Shown: positions 1 through 11,200 of the stretch, one piece after another
Layout of the letters: each line of letters starts with the position of its first letter
How positions within the stretch are numbered: position 1 is the first letter of the stretch
NCBI GenBank assembly: GCA_965240325.2
Contig: OZ251226.1
Coordinates: forward strand, 930,001 to 994,000
DNA: 64,000 nucleotides
Direction of reading: 5' to 3'
DNA from: Rebecca billardiae RCC1528
Lineage: Eukaryota; Protista; Haptophyta
Notes under the pieces: model-generated
Told to the model about the DNA's origin: nothing
What the model saw: the letters and a program-made list of their open reading frames with translations, nothing else
Database searches by the model: none
Made by a program: the position numbers and the translations under genes

Positions 1-1513
1 TTGGCGGTGGCAGCTCGTCAGGCGAACTGTTACACATGTCAGACTGAGACAGCAGCCGACGGAGGGTGCACCGCGGGCCCCGAACTATGTTCGTTCTACG
101 GAAAAAGACCGCGGAACGCGGTCATACTGTAGTACTGTAACTATTCGGTAAGCAGAGACGCACACAGCCAGCAGCCGCAGGCATAAAGACTGGCCGCGGC
201 AGTAAGAGCCTCCGGATGGAGGCCGCTCGTTTTGAACGCGCTCCAGCGCGCGGCGAGGTGACTGGTGAGGCCCAGGTGAGGACTGAGGCGTGCTGCGCCA
301 TTCCGCATTCGGCGCTGTGGACGCCTCGAGGGCGTCAAGGTGGACCTGGCACCCAAGTGGCGGTCGCCACCTGGATCGGCCTCTCCGCGCCGTGCGAGGC
401 CGCGGCGCGCGGGCGGTACACGACCTCCTGTCTGACGGCCGAAGGTCCGAGTGGGCAGCCCTCAGCGCGTTTCGCCAGCGGAGCTGCCCGGGCGGCCGGC
501 GCCAAAATGTTTTTCTGCTTCGATTTCACGGTAATAGGCGACCACTCGGACCAGTCCTGGCGCAGTAATTAGTCCTGGCGCAGCGTTACTTCGTGTCGAC
601 GATCGGGCACTGCCGCCGACGAATCACCGGAGACCCGCGTCGTCCTACCTGTGTCGTTAAATCATAGTTAGAATGATTCAGGAACAAGCTGCCGTAGTTA
701 CAGGGTGGCTCCAACACGAAACTGGACACTTTGGGCAGCAGCTCAGCGTACGGCCTGTGGCTGCCTCGCGCGGGGTCAGGAGCGGCCAGCTCGGCTCGTG
801 TGCACCCCATTGGGTTTATCTGCGACCGCGCATAGCCGGGAAGCCCGCGTTGAGCACCCTTCTAGGTCATGCGGACAGTCGGCACAAGGCTGGTCATGAG
901 GGCCGTGCCGGCAGCAGCCGCGTGGCTTCTGCGTATGTTTGTAGCTAGCCAGCAAGCCCGCTCAAGGCCGCCCAGATATTATAACGTGGCATGGTCGCTG
1001 ACTATGCGACATGCGCTCGACAGCCTGCTGGGCAAGCCCGGGCGTAGCGCTACACCAGGAGCATATACGGCCCCGATCGGTCCAGCCTACCAGTTGCACA
1101 CCTCTCTTGCACAGCTGCTGTCACACAGCCAGTCGATCGGCTCTGGCCGTGCAGGCAAGGGCTACACTCGGCGCCACTACCCGCAGCGAACGCTGGAGGC
1201 CCACCAGAGCGCACACCAACCCGCCCGCCGTCAAATGCAACCGTGCGCCAGATACGAATTTCAGTGTTATGCATGCCACTCAGTACTCACGGCCCGCACG
1301 GCGGGGCTCCGTAGAGCTGTTCAGAGCCAACCGCTAGTGGGTTGAGCTGTACATCCAAGCCAGCCCTGGCCACACGCAGAGCGCGCCACTATGGCGCTAC
1401 TGAGAGCCTCTGGCCTTTGCTCTGGCCCATCTCATCGTCAGGAGCCGTAGTCAGCAATAATCAGTGTCCGAACAATTGTTGGGGCGGACCCTGTATGAAC
1501 AGGCCGCCGCACG

Positions 1514-3703
1514 ATGGCGGCCGCGGCTCGAGCGTGGGCCATCGTGGCCCTCATCCCCGCCGTGCCGTCGTCGCCCCCGGTGGTGAGGCGAGACGCATCA
1601 GCCTTCGACTGCCAGGCGCACGCGGCCTGCCGGCGCACGTCGTTCTGGGTGCTGTGCCCGGAGAGCGACGCCAACAGCACGGCGCGCGCGCTCCGCCACT
1701 CGTGGCTGCGCGGCGCGCACATGCGATGCGCGGTGAGCCCGGGGCCGCACGAGTACGCGCCGGGCGTCACGCGGCTCCCGATGGTGCCGCTCGACCCGCA
1801 GACCGCGCGCGTCGCCAAGCCGTCGACGAGCGGCCTCCACCCGCAGTTCTCCGCCGGCTCGGAGGCGGGTGCCGAGTCGCTACGCGCGCTCAACCTCTTC
1901 CTTCAGCGCAAGGTGTACGCGACGCTCCGGGGCATGTGCGAGGAGCTGATCTCGCAGCGCTTCGACCACTTCGTCATGCTCGACGCGGACACTGCCGTCA
2001 ACCTGCCGCGCGTGAGCGAGCGTCTCGGCGAGCTCGCGCCGAGCGTGCCCGGCTACTACGGCTACTGCTACCACGCGGCCCCGCCGGTCGTGTCGGGCGG
2101 GCCGGGCATCTTCCTCACGCGCGCGATGCTCGAGCTGGCGTGCCCGCGGCTCGACGAGTGCGTCTCGATGCTCGACCCCGAGTCGCCCGACGCGCTGCCC
2201 ACGGGCGGCGGCGACGCCTTCCTCAACGCGTGCCTGCGCTCGCTCGCGCCGCGCGTGCAGCCGGGCTGCTCGCAGTGCGGGCGCGGCGGCTGCCCGTTCC
2301 GCCCGTGCGCGCCGTGGGTGGGCGAGTGGATGATGCACGCGGCCAGGGCCGCGCGCAGCCTCTCGCAGCGCCGCGCGGTGGGCTCGAGCTTCTTCCAGCA
2401 CCACCACCGCGCCAAGCCGACGCACGTGCCCGGCGGCACCGACGCCGCGCTCGACGCCGACAGCGTGGCCTACCCGGCCGCACCGTTTGGCGGCTGGCGG
2501 CTGTTGCGCGAGCGCGCGCTGGGGCTCGCGCGGCGCGCGGGCGAGGGCGGCTGGCTCGGCGCGGGCGAGACGCTGACGTACCACCGCGTGCGGCCCACGG
2601 AACGCGTGCCCGGCCTCGCCGCCGACCCGCGCTGCGCCGTCTGGGTGCGCCTGCCCACGCAGCTCGAGCCCGGCGGCTGGCACCACGTCTCGTCGACGTG
2701 CGCGCCGCACTTTGTGATCGCGGGCGCGCCCAAGGGCGGCACGACCTCGCTGTTCCGCTACCTGCTGCAGCACCCGGAGGTGCTGCCGCCCGCGCGGAAG
2801 GAGCTGCTCTTCTTCCGCGCCGTCGCCCTCGGCCACGCCGCGCGCCGCGCGTCCGAGCACCACCGCCGCGCGTACATGGCGCTGTTCCCGCACATCGACC
2901 CGCGCGACTTCAAGCTGACGGGCGAGGCGTCGCCGGGCTACCTCTACGACGCGCAGGCGGCCGACCTGTTCGGCAGCCGGCTGCCGAGCGTGCGCGTGGT
3001 GCTCGCGCTGCGCGACCCGCGCGAGCGCGCGTTCTCCGAGTACAAGCACAAGCTCGCCGAGCGGAAGCCATACTGGACGGCGGGCGCCGCCTCGTTCGCC
3101 CAGCTGGTGAGCGGTGCGCAGGGCGCGCTCGCGCGCTGCGGGCTGCGCCGGCTGTACGACTCGCAGCGCGCGTGGCACGCGTGGTTCTGCGCGGGCGGCG
3201 GCGGGAGCAACGCGGCGTGGAGGCTCGAGCCGCAGTGCCTCGAGCGCGAGCGCCACGCGCCGCAGCAGCAGCAGCAGCCGGCGGCGCAGGCCGGCGCCGC
3301 CGCTGCGTGCGTGCTCCCGCCCGTCCTCTTCGAGTCGTGGTACCAGCTGGTGCTGCCACAATGGCTGCCGCTCGGCAACCGGCTGCTCGTGCTCTTCTCC
3401 GAGGAGCTCTTCGCGGACCCGCAGGCCACGGTGCGCAGGGTGTCGGACTTCCTCGAGCTCAGCGCCGGCCATGCCTTCGACACGGCCGCCGCATACAACG
3501 CAGAGCGCCAGCGCGGCCTCGACATGCGCGCCAACTCGAGCGCGATGCGCGCGGCGGACGCGGCGCGCACACGCACGGCGCTCGACCCGGCGCTGCGCCG
3601 CGGGCTCGGAGCGCTCATGGACGAGTCCATCCAGCGCACCGACGAGCAGCTGCGCGGCGCGGGCCGTTCAGGAGTGCCGAGCAGCTGGCGCGCCGCGACA
3701 TGA
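1514..3703 (+). CDS. Secreted/Golgi fusion protein: Fringe/GT31-like glycosyltransferase domain + PAPS-dependent sulfotransferase (heparan sulfate 3-O-sulfotransferase-like) domain, 729 aa
   Basis: N-terminal hydrophobic signal (WAIVALIPA). GT31-like motifs 'FDHFVMLDADTAVN' (DxD) and 'SGGPGIFLTRAML'. Sulfotransferase 5'-PSB 'FVIAGAPKGGTTSLFRYLLQHP', plus 'KELLFF', 'GEASPGYL' and 3'-PB 'LRDPRERAFSEY'. Strong GC3 bias in this frame. Confidence 0.8.
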   Translation: MAAAARAWAIVALIPAVPSSPPVVRRDASAFDCQAHAACRRTSFWVLCPESDANSTARALRHSWLRGAHMRCAVSPGPHEYAPGVTRLPMVPLDPQTARVAKPSTSGLHPQFSAGSEAGAESLRALNLFLQRKVYATLRGMCEELISQRFDHFVMLDADTAVNLPRVSERLGELAPSVPGYYGYCYHAAPPVVSGGPGIFLTRAMLELACPRLDECVSMLDPESPDALPTGGGDAFLNACLRSLAPRVQPGCSQCGRGGCPFRPCAPWVGEWMMHAARAARSLSQRRAVGSSFFQHHHRAKPTHVPGGTDAALDADSVAYPAAPFGGWRLLRERALGLARRAGEGGWLGAGETLTYHRVRPTERVPGLAADPRCAVWVRLPTQLEPGGWHHVSSTCAPHFVIAGAPKGGTTSLFRYLLQHPEVLPPARKELLFFRAVALGHAARRASEHHRRAYMALFPHIDPRDFKLTGEASPGYLYDAQAADLFGSRLPSVRVVLALRDPRERAFSEYKHKLAERKPYWTAGAASFAQLVSGAQGALARCGLRRLYDSQRAWHAWFCAGGGGSNAAWRLEPQCLERERHAPQQQQQPAAQAGAAAACVLPPVLFESWYQLVLPQWLPLGNRLLVLFSEELFADPQATVRRVSDFLELSAGHAFDTAAAYNAERQRGLDMRANSSAMRAADAARTRTALDPALRRGLGALMDESIQRTDEQLRGAGRSGVPSSWRAAT

Positions 3704-4082
3704 CCGTTGCCACATCAGTGCGGACTGTCGACTCACACGGTTACTCTGACGGCTGCGGCTGCCCCGGACCGCCAGTCTGTGATCTGTCGCGTCACGGACG
3801 GACACGCGGACTGGCTGCGTCGGCGACCGCGACACGGACGTAGTGAAATGAATTGAACGCGGTCGGGCACCGGCCACGCACGCCGGTCTCGGGCGCGAGC
3901 GCGATTGCGGGCGCGAGCGCACGCTGATGTCGGATGCCGTGCAAGCGGTCGTGGCATTGCGCGCGCCTGTGGTCCGCCATCGCCCGATGCCCATGGCTGG
4001 AGTCCGGGTATTCAGTGCTCACAAGTCCGGGAAGAATCCATCGCAAATACGACGAGGTTAATTTCCAGCGGAGATCGACGCC

Positions 4083-4815
4083 ATGTTCGCCACGCTCGCC
4101 CTTACGACGCTCTCCTTCAGCGGCCCCGCCCTGCGGGTGCGTGCTGGCCTCTCGCGCGGAGTGCGCGGCAGCGCGTGGCTGGGGCATACGATCTTGCTTG
4201 GGCACGCGCTTTTGACCGCGCGCATCGTCGCTGCCACCCTCTCCGCCGCGCGCGCGCGCGCAGGCGCCGGCGCAGTCGCGGTCGGCGGTGCACATGGCGG
4301 AGTTCTCGGAGTCGGTGCCCTTCCTGGTGAAGGCGGAGAAGCTGGGAAAGGGCATGACTGGTGACGTGGGCTTCGACCCGCTCTACCTCTCGGAGACCAT
4401 GGATCTGAAGTGGCTGCGCGAGGCTGAGCTGAAGCACGGCCGCATCTGCATGCTCGGCGTTGTCGGCATCCTTGTGCAGTCGGTGGTTCAGCTCGGCGGT
4501 CCGTACTACTCGGAGAGCAACCCGATTGCGGCTGCGGCGAGCACGCCCCCGGAGGCGTGGGCCCAGATCTTCGCCGCGATCGGCGCCGCTGAGTTCGTCC
4601 TGAACAAGGGCAAGATGACGATGAACGACATGTTCGCGGACTCGTCGCGCGTGCCGGGCGACCTTGGCTTCGACCCGATGGGCATGGGTAAGGATGCTTC
4701 GAAGCGCTCGAAGCTTGAGCTGCAGGAGCTCAAGAACGGGCGCCTGGCGATGCTCGGCTTCTCGGGCCTGCTGCACCAGCTCTTCATCACCGACTCGCTG
4801 GCGATCAAGTTCTAA
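4083..4815 (+). CDS. Light-harvesting chlorophyll a/c(-fucoxanthin) binding protein (LHC); exons 4083-4136 and 4264-4815
   Basis: Motifs 'GDVGFDPL', 'LREAELKHGRICML', 'PGDLGFDPMG' and 'ELKNGRLAMLG'. GT..AG intron 4137-4263 joins the leader MFATLALTTLSFSGPALR in frame. Confidence 0.95.
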
Positions 4816-5307
4816 GCAGCTCGCTGCTGCCGGGCGGCGAGCCGACCGAACTGAGACATGCGGGAGACTTGGTTGGTGCCGGGGGCGCCGGCGATGGCAG
4901 TGCCTCAGATGAGTGACAGATGACCAGCAGTCTAGCTACAGTTTGTAACGGTGTCTGTCACAGAGCAGACTGTTATTGATGATTCTGAGTAGTGAGATAA
5001 TTGATCGTCGACATCGAATATTGGAATAATTATTATATTATTTATATTAGATCGAATACCGGCGGACAGATACCGGCATCGGCATCACACAGCTGTCACA
5101 GTGATGGGGCCGGAAGGGGGATAGCAGCGTGCCCTGTGCGCCGGGCGGAGCGGGACAACCGCAACGGCCGGCGCATCGACTATCGTCATCGAGACTGTCG
5201 CACGTCGCAGGCGATGATTTGGCAATGTACATCGGGGACCCCGGTGTGCGTTGGCGCGGAGCCGCGTGCTCGGCGTCGTCACGCTGGGCGTTCGAAGAGC
5301 ACCTTCC

Positions 5308-6751
5308 TCAGCCGCCGCCGTGCCGCTCAGGCAAGAGGACATCGGCCGCTGGCGACGCGGCTGCAGTGTCGTTCGCCGCAGGTTGTGGCTCGCCGCCGCG
5401 CGCGCGCGGCGCCGCACGCCCGCCGCCGACGCAGGGGCTGTTTGTCGGCGGGGTGAATGAGCCAGCTGTGGGCATACCGGCATCAAAGGCGTTCCTCGCG
5501 CGGCCGGGCCGGACGGCGGGAGGCCCCGGTGTGAGCGAGGCCACGCCGATGCTCGGACCGGCCACGGGCTTGACGAGCACGACGGTGATGTACACGTTGT
5601 CAGAGGTGTTCATGTCCATCAGCACGTGCTGCAGCAGCTGCTCGGCCGCCCACTGCGGGTTGTCGTGCTCGCGCAGCTTCTCGTCGACGAAGGTCGCGGC
5701 CTGGGCGGAGGTGCAGCAGCTCCACAAGCCATCGGTCGCCAGAATCAGGAAGGCCGCACTCGCCCTCGAGCGCGAGACCACGCAGATCTCCGGCATGGAC
5801 GTCACCACCTGCGCGGCGACGTTCGAGCGCGCGCGCGCGGCGCGGGACGACGGTCAGCGTCCACGCGCCGCGCGTGCAGGGCGGCGCCCGACTCAGCGCG
5901 CACACCTGCATGTCCGGGTCGCAGCGATCCTTCGGGTCGATCGCTTTCATGCGCACGTCACCGAGCGCGCGCGTCACGGGCAGCTCGCCCCCATCGTCGG
6001 GCAGCGCGACGAAGCCCAGTTGTATGAGCGCGCCGGCTGCGGCGCGGGGTCCGCCAAGCGGGTACGCACGCGTGCGGCGCGTGAGCGCGGGCGGTCCCGC
6101 GCGGCGCTGCGCGCGGCGGGCGTGGCGAGCGGACGCACCGGCCCTCGCGCGGCTCGCTTCGCTCTCGTTCTCGGGCGTGTGGTCCTGTGACAGCTCGTGC
6201 ACCTCATCGCCGCACGAGTAGACGGCGCGGCAGTCGCCGCAGTTCCCGACGATGATGTTTGACTGCGTGACGACCGCAATGATGGCGCAGGCGCCGCCGC
6301 CGCTCTCGGCGCGCAGCAGGGCCTCGACCACTTCTCGGTCCGTCTGCAGGTACCCGTCCTTTATCGCGGTCGGCACGTCCCACGGGAACGCGCTGTGTGA
6401 TCGGATGGCCATGTGCAGCTGCTGCTGGCAGTACTCGGCCGCAAACGCGCCGCCGTGGCCGTCGTAGACGCCGAAGATGACGTCCGCGTCGCCCGCGCTG
6501 ACGACACCAAAGTCCTCCATGTGCGCGCGGGGCCCGATCGAGGAGCACGTGCCCCACTGCACGCCCAGCGCGGCCGCGTTGGCGCACGTGCCGCGTTGCG
6601 GCGTGCATGCTCCCAAGAACGGATGCACAGGCCGGCCGAAGGAGAGCGCGCGGGGCGGCGTGACCGTGGCGGGCGAGATCGCCATCGGGCTCACGTTCCA
6701 TTCGTACGCGGCGAGCGGGTCGCGCCTCAAGCGCTTCGTCGTCTGCGCCAT
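5308..6751 (-). CDS. Protein phosphatase 2C (PPM family); introns 6037-6138 and 5809-5905
   Basis: PP2C motifs 'GPRAHMED', 'FGVYDGHGG', 'GNCGDCRAV', 'LSQDHTP', 'VTRALGD', 'LILATDGLW' and 'SDNV'. Two GT-AG introns restore the continuous domain. Confidence 0.9.
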
Positions 6752-7147
6752 TCTCGTGCGCCGGCTCGACTCGGCACCGAGCGAGAGGGCGAACGGCGGG
6801 CGTTCGTGTTGTCGGGCCACACGCGCGAGCTCTGATCCAAAACCTCTCTGCCGGCGGGCTCGAAAGTAGAAGCCAGTTCGCGAGAAGGTGGCAAAGCTTT
6901 CAACAGTCGTCGCGCTCGAATGGTCTTTTGAAAGCCCCGTGCTCCAATCACGTGCTCGCGCACCAGTCGCGCATAGCGACAACGACTGGAGATCGCTCTC
7001 AAGATCGCGCTCTCGCCCCTTTCTCCGAGGCGAACCAGTTTTAAAAGCTCTCAAGTACCACTCCGGCCCAGGCGTTTCTAAATTCTCACATAGGATTCGC
7101 ACTGCGCAAAGACGGACGAATCTTGGCGACGCTTGGCCGTTCAATGA

Positions 7148-8137
7148 TTACGCCCACTCGCGCGGCGTGCGGAGCACCTCGAGGGTGCGCGCCTCCTCCG
7201 TGCCCTCCTCCGGCTCGGCGCGGAAGCGCCACGCGACGAGCGGCGGCGAGGAGACCAGCACGCGCTCGATACTCTCCGGCGAGAGGCCGAAGCGCACGCC
7301 GCGGTCGTACAGCAGGTTGAACTCGATGTAGCGGCCGCGCCGCAGCAGCTGCCACTGCCGCTGCGCGTCCGTCGAGGGCTCTTGCGAGCGCGCGCGCACG
7401 ACCGGCATGTACGGCCCGTCGGCGTGGAGCGCGCAGTCGAGCAGCGCGAGCGAGAAGCTTGGCGCCCACTCGGCGTCGAGATCGTCGTAGAACAGCCCGC
7501 CCACGCCGCGGTGCTCCTCGCGCGCCGGCAGGTAGAAGTAGGCGTCGCACGCCGCCTTCATGCGCGCATACACCGCGCGGCCATCGTCCGCGTGCGCCTC
7601 GCACAGCCCCTTGAGCGAGCGGTGGAAGTGGGCGGCATCGTCGTCTACGAGGTAGGCGGGCGTGAGGTCGAGCCCGCCCCCGAACCACTCGTGCTCGCCC
7701 ACCGCGAACATGCGCGCGTCGCCGCGGAGCGTGGGCACTCTGGGCGAGCGCGCGTGCAGCACAAAGCTGAGCGCCGCCGCCGAGTAGTGCGCGCCCTCGA
7801 CGATGCCGTCCACCCCGGTGCGGCCAGAGATCGCGTCTGCGCGGGCTGCGTTCAGCCGCCCTTCCTCAACCACCGTCACCGAGATGCAGCCCTTCTCCCA
7901 CACCTCCCCGTCCTCGAGCACGAGCGCGAGGCCGCGCGAGTGCGCCTCCTCCTGCCACGTCGCACTCGGATCAGCCGCGCGCGCGAGCGCGGCCATCGCG
8001 GCCTGCCGCTCGGTGATGGCGGCGGCAAACTCGCTGAAGCCCGCGCGCGCTCGCGAGCTTCCCGCTGTGGGCGTCGATGCCGCCCGCAAGCGCGCTACCG
8101 CCGAGAGCGCGAACACGAGGCGCGCCCTCATTGTCAT
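7148..8137 (-). CDS. hemF: Oxygen-dependent coproporphyrinogen III oxidase, probably plastid-targeted
   Basis: Motifs 'WFGGGLDLTP', 'CDAYFYLPAREEHRGVGGLFYDDL' and 'QLLRRGRYIEFNLLYDRGVRFGL'. Signal-peptide-like N-terminus (MRARLVFALSAVA). Start is the ATG at 8137 or 8131. Confidence 0.93.
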   Translation of the reverse strand: MTMRARLVFALSAVARLRAASTPTAGSSRARAGFSEFAAAITERQAAMAALARAADPSATWQEEAHSRGLALVLEDGEVWEKGCISVTVVEEGRLNAARADAISGRTGVDGIVEGAHYSAAALSFVLHARSPRVPTLRGDARMFAVGEHEWFGGGLDLTPAYLVDDDAAHFHRSLKGLCEAHADDGRAVYARMKAACDAYFYLPAREEHRGVGGLFYDDLDAEWAPSFSLALLDCALHADGPYMPVVRARSQEPSTDAQRQWQLLRRGRYIEFNLLYDRGVRFGLSPESIERVLVSSPPLVAWRFRAEPEEGTEEARTLEVLRTPREWA

Positions 8138-8292
8138 CGTCGTTCGGCTGCCCAGTCCAGTCCGGGCCTTTTGCAAACCGCCGGGCCCGCGTCGCCCCGG
8201 ACAGCCAGCTCTGAGCTCACCAAGGCCGCCGCCTCTGCCAGAGAAGCAGTTCGAAAGGGGCATTGGCGCCTGAGTCGCCGGGCGCGCACGGC

Positions 8293-11200
8293 ATGTCCAG
8301 CGCTCCGGGCAGCGCGCGCCGCGAGGTGTGGACGGAAGGTGGCGCCCCGGCGCAGCCGCAACCAGCCGCCTCGCGGCGCAACGCGCCTCTCAGCGGCCGC
8401 GAGCCCAAGGAGCTGATGGACGAGGTGCTCGCGCTGCGCGAGGCCAACCTGCAGCTCAAGAAGCGCAACGCGGAGCAGGAGGAGAAGACGAAGCAGCTCG
8501 CGACGAAGATGGTGCGCATCACGTCGGACATGCGACGCCACGGCCCCGTCGAGACGCCGCAGGACCGCGCCGCCCTGCGCGACGCGACCAAGCAGCAGCA
8601 GATTGACGAGCTGCGCGCCGAGCTCTCGCAGATGGAGGGCAAGGCCGAGCGCCTCACCAACCAGGTGACGTACTACAAGCAGCTGGCGCACCCGCCGGCC
8701 GGGCGAGCGTTGAATCCCAGCCGGCGCGGCCAGCGGAAGCGCCTCGTGACCGCCGGCGGCGCATCCTCCAAGCCGGCCGACCACGCGCGCGCTCACACAC
8801 CGAACGCCACCGCGCGGTCCGCCGCCACCAGCGGCGCCGAGGACATCGCGCACCAGCCGCCGCCGACAGCGCCGGCGGCGCCGCCGGTGCACGTCTCGGA
8901 GTATGAGCGCCGCGACACGCCGCCCTCGCGCCCGCACTCCCGGCCGCAGACGCCGCGCTCCTCCGCGCCGTCGCCGCGCCGGCGCTCAGCCAACGCGCCT
9001 GTCGAGGACCCGACGTCGGTCGCGCGGCTGCTCGAGCTGCTCGAGGCGAAGGAGCGGCAGATCGAGGGGCTCCGGGCTCGGGCCGGGGCGGCGCTCTCGC
9101 CCCCCCGCGCGCCGGACGTGCCCGACGACCGCATCGCCAGCGCGGTCGTCGCCGCCGCCGTCGAGCCCGGCAGCGTACCAGCCGAGACAATCGCCGCGGC
9201 CGTGCGCGCCGGGCTCGAAGAGCACCGGGCGGAGCAGCTGCAGGCCGCGGTGGGCGCGCACGAGTCGGCGACGGTGGTCGAGCTGCGGCGGCTCGTGCGC
9301 GAGCGCGGCGCGCAGCACGCGCTCGCGCAGCAGAAGCTCGACGGCCTGGCCGCCCGCTTCGAGGCGCTGCGGGAGAACAACGACAAGGCGGTCTCGCAGC
9401 TGCAGGAGCTCAACCGGCTGCTGCACGAGGTGCGCCAGAGGCGCCGCGCGCGCGCGCACGGAGCGCCGCCCCCGCGCGCGCACGGAGCCGCGCGCGCGCG
9501 CGCCGAGCGCCGCGCACGCTCGGGCGCTCGCGCGCTGCCGGCTGACGCGCGCCGCCCCGCTCGCGCGCCGCGCTCGCCGTCGCGCAGGAGCGCATGAAGA
9601 GCTCGCGGCTCGAGCAGGACGCGACGCTGCGCCAGATGCGTGCGGACGAGGTGGACGAGCTGCGCACGCAGCTCGAGGCGGCGCGGCAGGCGAAGCGGAT
9701 CGCGGACGACGAGAAGGCGCAGCTGCTCGAGCGCGCGCTATCGGACGCCGACTCGTCCGAGCTGGGCGCGCTGCGGCGCGAGCTCGCCGACAAGACGCGC
9801 GCCATCACGCGGCTGCAGCAGGCGGCGAAGGCGGCGGAGGAGTCCACGCAGGACGCGCAGGAGAAGATGCGCGCGCAGGAGGTCGCCGCCGCCAACCTGC
9901 GCGCCGAGCTCGGCGTGGTGAGCCGCACGAAGGAGCGGCTTGGCACTGAGCTCGAGTCACAGCGCGCGCTCACCGCGCGGCTGCAGGAGCAGCTCGCGCT
10001 GTACACGGGCGACGCGGGCGTCGCGCCCGAGGAGCTGATGCGCGCGCTCGCGCTCGTGCGCGAGGGCGGCGGCGCGCCCGCCGGTGGCGCCGGCCGCTCG
10101 GCCTACGGCGCGGCCGGCCCAGCCGCTGCTGCTAGCGGTGCCGCCAGCCGCGTCGCCGGGCCCGCCGCCGGGGGCAGCGCGGCCAGGGCGGCACCTGGCG
10201 TCGTCGGCGCGGCGGCGGACCCGCTCGCCGCTCTTGTCGCCGCGCCTGGCGCCCCGAGCGCCCAGGCTGCCAGCTGCGGCACCGTCGCCGCGTCGGCGCC
10301 ACCCGGCTCCTTCGCCGCGCCCGCGCCCACGCCGCCCGGCGCGCCGCCCGGCGCGCACGGCGCGGCTCGGTCGCAGCCGGCCGAGATGTTGTCCGCGGAC
10401 GAGGACACGCTGCTGCGCTCGCTGCCGGCGCCGCAGCGCCGGCACGTGCAGGGCGTGCTCGTGCAGAACTCGGAGCTCATCCTCGCGCTCCAAAAGTCGG
10501 AGCACCTGCTGCAGCTCGCGCAGGGCATGAACGCGGCGCTGCAGGACGAGCTCGGCGCCGCGCGGCTCGAGCACGACGAAGCCATGGCGACGCGCGCGCG
10601 CCAGCTCGACTCCAAGGAGGCGGAGATCTCGCAGCTGCGCAAGGAGCTGGTGATGCGCCCAGGCGGCGCGGCCGCCGCCGCGGCGGCGAGCGCCGACGCG
10701 GACGCCGTCGCCACCGGCGGCGCGCTCGCGCGGCGCGGCGCGCCCGGCCGGTTCGCGCGGCCGCGCGGGCACGAGGGCGAGAGCAGTGTGGCCGCGCCTT
10801 CGCTCATCTCGGAGGGCGAGACCTCGGAGCTGAACGTGCGCGACGACGAGAACCTGTTCGAGCTGCACGTGCTGTCCGCCGAGCTGCACAAGCCCTACTT
10901 CCCCGGCGCCGCGCCGCGCACGTTCGTCACCGTCGACTTCTACCAGCACGAGACGCAGGCCACGCCGCTGGTCGACGGGCACGCACCCATCTACGACCTG
11001 CTGGCGCAGTTCATCGTCGTGGCGGACGACCTGCTGCTGCACTACCTGCGCACGCGCGAGCTGGTGCTCGAGGTGCGGCAGGCGCGCGCGACGGACGAGG
11101 CGCTCGTCGCCACCGCGCGCGTGCCGCTCGCCTCGCTGCTCTCGCCCGCCTTCGTGCGCTCCGACTCGGCCGGCATCGTCGGCGGAGGCTCTGGCGGACG

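Noticed and set aside
141-1345. Short ORFs at the window start
   Set aside because: No recognisable motifs or GC3 bias; left unannotated.
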